NCBI GenBank assembly: GCA_946965045.2
Contig: OX337242.1
Location: 62,001 to 126,000, forward strand
DNA length: 64,000 bases
DNA from: Epithemia pelagica
Lineage: Eukaryota > Protista > Bacillariophyta
Direction of reading: 5' to 3'
The notes beneath the pieces are model-generated. The model worked only from the letters and a program-made list of their open reading frames with translations. It did no database searches and was not told where the DNA came from. Below, piece by piece: positions 57,359 through 64,000 of the stretch; within the stretch, counting starts at the first letter, position 1; each line of letters starts with the position of its first letter. The position numbers and the translations under genes were made by a program.

Positions 57359-60300
57359 TTAGAACAGAATCAATTGTGCCAACCTTGTTCGTTCCGGACC
57401 AGTCTGAATCTTAGTAAGCAAGTCCGCTAGATTCGTCTTGGAAGGCTCAAACACAATCTTGCATGTCCCATTGGCAACGTTCTCACGTACAAAGTGATAC
57501 GCAACTGAATTGGACTTCTTGCGCAATGTCGATTCTGGTAAGGAACTGTTGTAGACGACCGACATGTTGTCTACTCTCACGTGTGCATGTCCATCCAATG
57601 GAATGCCCATCATTCTCAATTTGTACCGTAATCCTTTCAGCATCTCCACACCAACCTTGAGAGCCATAAATTCAGAACCAAAAGTCGAAGTTTCGACACT
57701 GGTTTGCTTCTTGCTGTACCATGAGATCGGTGCTCTATTCAAATAGATAAGCACTCCTGTTCTGGACCGTCGTGTCAAGAGGTCACCTGCATGGTCAGAG
57801 TCGACAAAGACCGTCATCTGGACAGCCTTGCCTAAAGGTTCCGGTGCATCTGGAGGTACTTCTTCCGTGGCTCCAGGATAGAAGCCTGACCAGTCGCTTG
57901 TCGGTTCATCACCAAGTTCAATATACGACGGGTCCATGATCAGCCGTGAACGCTCATGTAGCTTGAGGTATGCAAAGAGGTGCAGCATTGCCTCCACATG
58001 ACCTTCTCTGGAGCCGGCTAAAAATCCAGCCAGCATTGGAACCTCTGCAGCGATGTCAATACGTCCCAATTCAACTAGCCAACGGAGTACGCCCATCTGC
58101 TGCTGGTAGAACGACATTAATTCCGGATCACAATATGGGGTTGTGTCCAACTCAGGACGATATCCACTGGGCAAGACACTTGGAGCTCGTGTTTTCAGTT
58201 TACGATCTCGGTCTTCCAGCCATGATACAACATTCGTTATGGCAGCTTTTGCATATTTCTCTGAACTCAACGCCCAACATCGCTGTGAAGCGTCGTTATT
58301 GATATCAAATGTTTGTACTTGGGATCCCAAATAATACTTCGGAACGCCAATCGAATCCGGTTTCAGTAAGTAATGGTGATCCAGCATTGTGAGCGACTCC
58401 TTTGGTTTGTGAGAGATGATCAATATATCGTCGGTATAGACGAATAGCATTTCATAATAACGCTCTCCATTGCCTTTCGTTGCTTTCCTCAAATAGCAGT
58501 CAGGATCAGCACGGCATGGGAAATAGCCCAAGTCTTCTTGTAGGGTTGTGGACAGGAGATCACGCCAGGCGTAGGCGCTAGTCTTTAGGCCGTAGAGTGC
58601 CTTTGTTATAATCGCAATCCGACCTTGGTACTCGGTGCCGAATTCTAAACCACACCTTGTGCAGACCTTTTCAAGGCATGGAGCATTAAGGTATGCACCA
58701 GCAATATCAGCCGCTTGAATCTCCAATCCATTTAGAGCCGCTAGCATAAATCCAATGCGCACGCTTTCACGACTGACTACGCTTGCGTATGTGGGCGACT
58801 CAGGCTCTTCAGTTTTGTGTCCTCCGGCCACATATCTGGCCTTTCGGGTAAAATCCATCTTGACATCAAAGACGATGTGACAAGGGATTACCTGATACCC
58901 CACTGGTTCATTTACGCCGTCGTCCAAGATATTGACAGCAGGAAAAATCTTCGACATCTCCAGTTTCAAAGCTTTTCGCCAATAGTCCGTGCCAGTTTCA
59001 CGATCAATTTGGAGCGCTCGTTCTACTGTTTTGGGGACCTCAATGCCGTATTTTTGGGATTGACGCATATATCTTGTCATCTTGGCGGCTTTGATCAGCC
59101 TCGTTCTCCTTCGGAGGGTGAATGGTACCCACCATGCGAATGCAGGTTGTTTCTCGATCTTGTTCGCAACCGCATACTCAGCGACTTCAATTGGATACGA
59201 CTCCTTGAGATCCTTCAAGGCTTCCCAACTTGAAGAGCCATCTTTCCATTGCACGCATAAGGACCATCCTCTAGTGGTCTTCTTCTTATGCTTGCGACCA
59301 TTCAAATTGAATTCTCCCTCTGAGAGAGGAACAGCCGTTTTATCAGACTTGTGATCAGTAATCTCTTCAACCATTCGATATAGATTGCCCTCATCATCGA
59401 GCTGTTTGTAAATATTTTCAGCTATAATGTTGGCAGCATAGGATTGCACATGGCCATCATCGAATTCGACTTCGTAAAGTGTTGTGTCCAAGTATGGATT
59501 GGACGATGCGTGTCCAAGGACTCGACCTTCTGCGTCTCGTTTCCGTCTCCGAACAGTCCCCTTTCGTTGATCATCACCTAGGGGCAACATGACTTTTGCA
59601 GAGATGAGTTTATCGTATGCATCTGGTGCATAATCATCTGCTTCCGGCATGCGAACGTCCGGCTGCTCGTCGTCTTCATAAGCTTCGAACGTGGGTGTAT
59701 CCGCATCATGTTCATCATCTGCATCGATCAGAATACCCGCCATTCTGTCACCAAGGGCCGCTTGTAAATTTTCCATATATGTGGTTTGTTGTGCTTTGTG
59801 AGCATCATCCATTTGTAGATCTCTGTTGATTGGCCAGACAGAGGTGCGACGCACGATCTTGCCCTTTTCGGTCAGGACTTTTGCGCACATTGCCTGGCCC
59901 ACCGTATGACTTGGACCCAACCAGCGTCCGAGTTTACGTCCCTCAAAACCAGGGTTACTATACCACACAAAATCGAACCATCGATGCTCCACCAAATGGG
60001 AAATGTCTGGAGTATCTCCAGTGAGTTGCTGAATGGGCGGACCGTTGACATTACTTCCAAAGCTTGTATGGGAGCGTCGCTCCGCCATCAGCATGAGACA
60101 GTGGTCCCAGAGTACTGCTGGCGCATTGCTGCGTCTCATTTCTCTGCGGTAGAGGCGCTTTAATTCTCTAATATTGGCCTCAGCCAGGTTTTGGTTGGGC
60201 GTCCATGCTTCCACTGGTTTTATCCGGCACCCGTACTTGTGGGCTACCTTCCGAAATTCTTGAGAGGTTAGTTCTGGTGCATTGTCTGGAATAATATGGT

Positions 60301-61336
60301 TGAAGATGCCATAGCTGTCAAAGACAGCTGGCAATGTTGTCGGTGCTTCACTTTTCTTTCTCATAGGGATAAAATGCACCCAACCAAAGTCCGTAGCGAA
60401 TATTTGCCCGCATGTATTTTGATCAAGAGACTTAGTCTCTGAGAACAGAGTGTCAGTGTACACGTCTGCTCGTAATCGACGATGTCGCAATTGGTATGCG
60501 GTATGTTTCAAACGTCGACTGCCGCCTCGATCGGTGAATTCACGGACACCAAGTTGTGTCGTCTGATTGAACGTCCGTTCTGCACTGGGGAGTCCAATAT
60601 TCCATCGTTGTGCCAATTCATTCGGACGTACGGTCCCCTTTCGCCTATGTCCAATGTCTGAGACGTGGACATGGATGGCGCGATTGTTGACTCGGAGAGT
60701 CTTGGTCATTGCGAGATTGATCGTCCGCTCACGTGTTGCATTTACTACGTTCGTCTGTATCGATTCCCTGAGTGTTCTTTCATCAACATCTGGTGTTGAG
60801 TCATTCGGTTGCCACTCGGGTCGTTCATTCGTCATGTCAATACGACAGGAAGGATCGATTGAATCAATCTCCTCCTTCGTGGGCTTACGTGTGCGGAATT
60901 GGCTTAAGACGCCGATTAGGTCGAGAGGGATTTGCAATTCTTCCATTTCTGTATCCCTTGCAATGATGCTGTGGGATCTTTCATTTCGGTCCCCTGGTTT
61001 CAAGTACTTCAAAGGGATATCATTGACTTCAATCCCGGCCTCCCGCATTTGATTCGGATTAAGAAGGCACTTGTCTTTTAATTGCGGCAAGTGTAGAGCT
61101 TGGTGGAAATAAAGGAGGAACGTTTGGCCAGTCTCTGGATCATCATATGCTAAAACACCAGTAATGACGCTGGCCTCTTTAATCTTACCCAGACTCTCAA
61201 CAAAACCACTGACATCAGCCGTATCAGTCTGATACAGAACGTAACAGTTGCCCAGACAGCAAGTGTCGGCATGACTGTCGAGCTCACACCGGATTAGGGG
61301 AACCGAAATCTCACGAGAAGTTGTTGCAGACATCAC
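57359..61336 (-). CDS. pol: Copia Pol polyprotein (protease, integrase, reverse transcriptase, RNase H)
   Basis: Protease ELDSHADT; integrase core YTDT..PDNAPE..NQNLAE; RT KARYVAGGH, KALYGLK, YTDD; RNase H VDSDHAGD..EFMALK..ADLLTK. Confidence 0.95.
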   Translation of the reverse strand: MMSATTSREISVPLIRCELDSHADTCCLGNCYVLYQTDTADVSGFVESLGKIKEASVITGVLAYDDPETGQTFLLYFHQALHLPQLKDKCLLNPNQMREAGIEVNDIPLKYLKPGDRNERSHSIIARDTEMEELQIPLDLIGVLSQFRTRKPTKEEIDSIDPSCRIDMTNERPEWQPNDSTPDVDERTLRESIQTNVVNATRERTINLAMTKTLRVNNRAIHVHVSDIGHRRKGTVRPNELAQRWNIGLPSAERTFNQTTQLGVREFTDRGGSRRLKHTAYQLRHRRLRADVYTDTLFSETKSLDQNTCGQIFATDFGWVHFIPMRKKSEAPTTLPAVFDSYGIFNHIIPDNAPELTSQEFRKVAHKYGCRIKPVEAWTPNQNLAEANIRELKRLYRREMRRSNAPAVLWDHCLMLMAERRSHTSFGSNVNGPPIQQLTGDTPDISHLVEHRWFDFVWYSNPGFEGRKLGRWLGPSHTVGQAMCAKVLTEKGKIVRRTSVWPINRDLQMDDAHKAQQTTYMENLQAALGDRMAGILIDADDEHDADTPTFEAYEDDEQPDVRMPEADDYAPDAYDKLISAKVMLPLGDDQRKGTVRRRKRDAEGRVLGHASSNPYLDTTLYEVEFDDGHVQSYAANIIAENIYKQLDDEGNLYRMVEEITDHKSDKTAVPLSEGEFNLNGRKHKKKTTRGWSLCVQWKDGSSSWEALKDLKESYPIEVAEYAVANKIEKQPAFAWWVPFTLRRRTRLIKAAKMTRYMRQSQKYGIEVPKTVERALQIDRETGTDYWRKALKLEMSKIFPAVNILDDGVNEPVGYQVIPCHIVFDVKMDFTRKARYVAGGHKTEEPESPTYASVVSRESVRIGFMLAALNGLEIQAADIAGAYLNAPCLEKVCTRCGLEFGTEYQGRIAIITKALYGLKTSAYAWRDLLSTTLQEDLGYFPCRADPDCYLRKATKGNGERYYEMLFVYTDDILIISHKPKESLTMLDHHYLLKPDSIGVPKYYLGSQVQTFDINNDASQRCWALSSEKYAKAAITNVVSWLEDRDRKLKTRAPSVLPSGYRPELDTTPYCDPELMSFYQQQMGVLRWLVELGRIDIAAEVPMLAGFLAGSREGHVEAMLHLFAYLKLHERSRLIMDPSYIELGDEPTSDWSGFYPGATEEVPPDAPEPLGKAVQMTVFVDSDHAGDLLTRRSRTGVLIYLNRAPISWYSKKQTSVETSTFGSEFMALKVGVEMLKGLRYKLRMMGIPLDGHAHVRVDNMSVVYNSSLPESTLRKKSNSVAYHFVRENVANGTCKIVFEPSKTNLADLLTKIQTGPERTRLAQLILF

Positions 61337-61342
61337 ATTGTG

Positions 61343-62758
61343 TCAAACGCTTCTCTTCTTACGTTGGCTCATGATAGCGCCAACACCCTTTGTGTCGTTA
61401 TCATGACCATCAGACGATTCATCCGAAATGTCGGGTGTTTCGTCTCCATTTGTACGCGGTTTCTTGTTGGATTTGCTTGAGATTGCTCCAACTCCACGCC
61501 TCTTGTCACGCTTCTCTCTTGCGTCTCGTACCCTTTGACGCTCTTCTCCGCTTAACTTAGCCCATTCATTGGGTTTATAATAGCGATCAGTGACTTCTCT
61601 CTCTTTCTTATTTTCATTCTTCTTTCCACTTCCTTTATTCGGTTTAGAAGTCGATACTCCAGAGATTCTTGCTTGTTTCCTACTTGCTGCGCTGTAGGAT
61701 ACCTTGCTGTCCAATACTTCTGCAAGGAAATTAGATGCGTTCTCGAAGGTTGAACGCAAGAATGGCGTCGCCAAGATTTGATTCTTAGCGCTTTCAAGCC
61801 GAGAATCTGAGGTACCAGTCATCAAGATTCTAACTTTTCTTTCTTCACTGACGTTTTCGCCTGTGGATTCGAGATCCGTAAAGGCACGTTGCAATGTTTC
61901 GATATATCGTTCATATGTGAAGTTGCGCTTGGAACCGTCGAAGTAGGTGCTTTCCAAGATCTGATCGGCTTTGGCTCGGAGACGAGACTGAAAGACGTCA
62001 CCTAGGTAGTGCGTCTTAAGGGCCAAGTATGCAGCACGTCCATTGCGGGTGCGGGCGAAGGACATCACCCATCCCCAGCCAGGGCCGTCATGAGTAATAT
62101 GTCGAATTACTTCCCATACGGCAACCATGTCAGTGGTTGCTGTAGGGCCTTGGTGCGATGCGCGCCGAATCATTTCAGCTAAAATGGTTGGGGTGCCAAA
62201 CCCATTTGGATCTGTGGTTTCCGGTTGGACGTCGGGGTTTTCTCTCACATAGGCAGAAAGGGGAATTCCAGTTGCTCCACGCTTGCGTTCCAAATAGTTA
62301 TCCAAATCTTCAAGAACGACTCGAATATTATCAACACTGCTGAGTTTCCCAGGTAGTTCAACTTCGTTGTCATACTCGTCTTCAGCTTCTTTGAACCGAT
62401 ACAACAGGGTCAAGTCATTCATCGTAGGTGGAACTGCAGCGAAAGTGCGATTGATTTTCCCAATGTGAACGATGTAGTAACGGAGCATCTTGAGTTTCTT
62501 TTCAACCAGGTGCCCGATGAGGACTCCTGGATTAGCTATCATTGCTGGTACTCCAGCCGGATCAGGGTTGGGGATGAGGCCACCAGGTTTACGAGCGTTG
62601 GTACAAATTTCGGCGACGTCTGCCTCGCTGAGGGCTTCAAAGTCGTAGACGGAGGTTAGGCCTTGACCATTGAGAGCAGTACGAACTGCTGGATCGTTAA
62701 TCTGCAAGACGACATCCAAATACACGTTCAGTAGTTGCATAGGATTCGGTGCTGCCAT
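61343..62758 (-). CDS. gag: Gag-like protein of the copia element
   Basis: ORF directly upstream of pol in the same frame (MAAPNPMQLL...KKRSV*), with a basic C-terminus and no CCHC knuckle visible. Confidence 0.85.
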   Translation of the reverse strand: MAAPNPMQLLNVYLDVVLQINDPAVRTALNGQGLTSVYDFEALSEADVAEICTNARKPGGLIPNPDPAGVPAMIANPGVLIGHLVEKKLKMLRYYIVHIGKINRTFAAVPPTMNDLTLLYRFKEAEDEYDNEVELPGKLSSVDNIRVVLEDLDNYLERKRGATGIPLSAYVRENPDVQPETTDPNGFGTPTILAEMIRRASHQGPTATTDMVAVWEVIRHITHDGPGWGWVMSFARTRNGRAAYLALKTHYLGDVFQSRLRAKADQILESTYFDGSKRNFTYERYIETLQRAFTDLESTGENVSEERKVRILMTGTSDSRLESAKNQILATPFLRSTFENASNFLAEVLDSKVSYSAASRKQARISGVSTSKPNKGSGKKNENKKEREVTDRYYKPNEWAKLSGEERQRVRDAREKRDKRRGVGAISSKSNKKPRTNGDETPDISDESSDGHDNDTKGVGAIMSQRKKRSV

Positions 62759-63181
62759 GGTTGCGATTGTTCTTCTTCTTTTTCGGACTTGTTCGGACTT
62801 TCCAGCGAAGTGAGCTTCATTTGTTTTGGGGGAATTTTTCACTTCATGGTCTGAATTCTACTTGCGAGCGAGCGGTAGAATCGGAGTTGGAGTGCTTGCA
62901 TAAGGTGCTAGGACGGCGCACGCCATTTAAGTAATGAACATGTCCGTATAGCGGCATCCTTCAACGGCAGGATGTGCGGCGCGTCCACCATTGCCCGGTG
63001 TGTGCGCATACGCTGACCACACACCACAATCATCCATCTCGAGCCCCGTTGCAGGCGAGATATTAGTGAGATGAAAGGGAGTACAGGTATCCAACCTAGG
63101 GCAGTCATTCTTCCAAGCGAATGATCTAGATATTTCGCGACCTTCCCAGGCCATGGTGGTGTGACATCTCCTTCATCGGTT

Positions 63182-63203
63182 GATGCATTTGGGTCTGATA
63201 AAC
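63182..63203 (-). other. Putative primer-binding site, half-tRNA type
   Basis: Minus strand GTTTATCAGACCCAAATGCATC follows the 5' LTR directly. Its complement contains GGT-CTGATAA-AC, resembling a tRNA anticodon arm with GAT. Confidence 0.5.
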
Positions 63204-63316
63204 CAAATTACGCGTGTGATACCAAGTGAAAAACTAAAATAGTGAGCATTAAGCTACGCGTCCCTCATGGGTTAGCTACTCGCCCAAAACTCGCTTAATA
63301 TCAGTCGCCTTTCTTG
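63204..63316 (-). repeat. 5' LTR (113 bp)
   Basis: Identical to 57066..57178. Confidence 0.95.
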
Positions 63317-63529
63317 AAGTGAACCCAACATTTGTTGAGTGGTTTTGGCGAATAAACCACCAGCACCACTTCTCTCCTGATATAGAGACCTCAAAGAAGT
63401 AGTACGTGTCGAACGGTTTGTGTTGAACAAAGGCAGGCCGTGAGGGAAACCCGAACTCTAGGAGATGGTATATATCTGATATATTGGTTCCACAAAGCAA
63501 GCTGCGAATACAACCAGGGCTGTGTGCTG

Positions 63530-64000
63530 TGTAGTACCAAAGTCCCATTTTTGGCATAGTATTGGACTTTGTACTGTACTTTGAGGACTTTGCCAAGTCC
63601 TGAAGTACAGTCCCCCCTTCTCATCCAAGATCCAAGGGACTGTTAGTCTTCTAAGTCTATTCTCCCTCCCTCCATCAACAGACTCGGCCTTAGGCTTCAT
63701 AGTCCCCCCCCCTCTCTAACAAGCGTACTTTTAGTCAGTCAGTCTAGTCCCCCTGTCCTCTATTTGGTACTATTAGTCTCGAGGTCAAGTACCACTCATC
63801 AGCATTATGGACTTTCGGAGTATGCAATAAATGGGGTAGACACGGACTATGGTACTTTAGAGTCCGATTTTTCGTCAAAAAGTACCATAGTATAGGATAG
63901 AAAGTACCAAAGTGCAGCGTACTTTTTAAGTTAGCCATAGTCACTGCAGTCACTAGGTACAGTCTATGGCTATGCGTCTATGGACTTCAGTACTGTGAAA
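63530..64000. other. Non-coding cluster of short inverted repeats built on GTAC/AGTC cores
   Basis: Inverted repeats at 63533-63545/63564-63575, 63585-63600, 63846-63858/63879-63891 (13 bp perfect) and 63901-63925. Confidence 0.6.

Larger units (their letters stand above)
57066..63316 (-). mobile_element. Complete Ty1/copia LTR retrotransposon (diatom CoDi-like)
   Basis: Identical 113-bp direct repeats at both ends, AAGT on both flanks (57062..57065 and 63317..63320), gag followed by PR-IN-RT-RH order, PPT and PBS-like sites. Confidence 0.96.

Noticed and set aside
17658-61345. Genome-wide stop-codon reassignment to explain the in-frame TAG and TGA
   Set aside because: TAG, TGA and TAA all end family genes at homologous positions in this window, so the code appears standard.
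1-64000. CRISPR arrays, rRNA or tRNA genes
   Set aside because: No regularly spaced repeat-spacer arrays or full RNA-gene structures were seen. Short repeats are microsatellites or two-unit duplications.

Overview
Eukaryotic nuclear DNA, most likely from a pennate diatom. This is an inference from the diatom-type Ty1/copia element, short GT-AG introns and CAA/GTC microsatellite-rich coding style. The dominant structure is an array of 15 paralogous genes (14 within the first ~35 kb, one at ~51 kb) plus two decayed remnants. They encode mostly secreted or membrane-targeted proteins with one Cys-rich domain I cannot name (CACQP..WEFTLDFSR..C..TN...C...VQI.EY...GPF.NG..F.YTSV...LP..L.I...G.N......F...F.NDC..FP....GDY.GP.TV | T.V..PP..FCP). 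Fourteen copies share a phase-0 intron at the same codon, which the ORF track misses; one copy has lost it precisely. Other content: a tandem pair of CCR4/nocturnin-like EEP phosphodiesterases, both disrupted before the catalytic SDH; a 1538-aa PPR-like protein; two frameshifted membrane/coiled-coil paralogs; an O-fucosyltransferase-like gene; a ~1030-aa probably mitochondrial protein; and two small ORFs. The window also holds a complete, very young Copia LTR retrotransposon (57066-63316). It has identical 113-bp LTRs, non-canonical CA...TG termini, a 4-bp target duplication, a half-tRNA-like PBS, and gag/pol in one frame separated by a single TGA. No rRNA, tRNA or CRISPR array was recognised.
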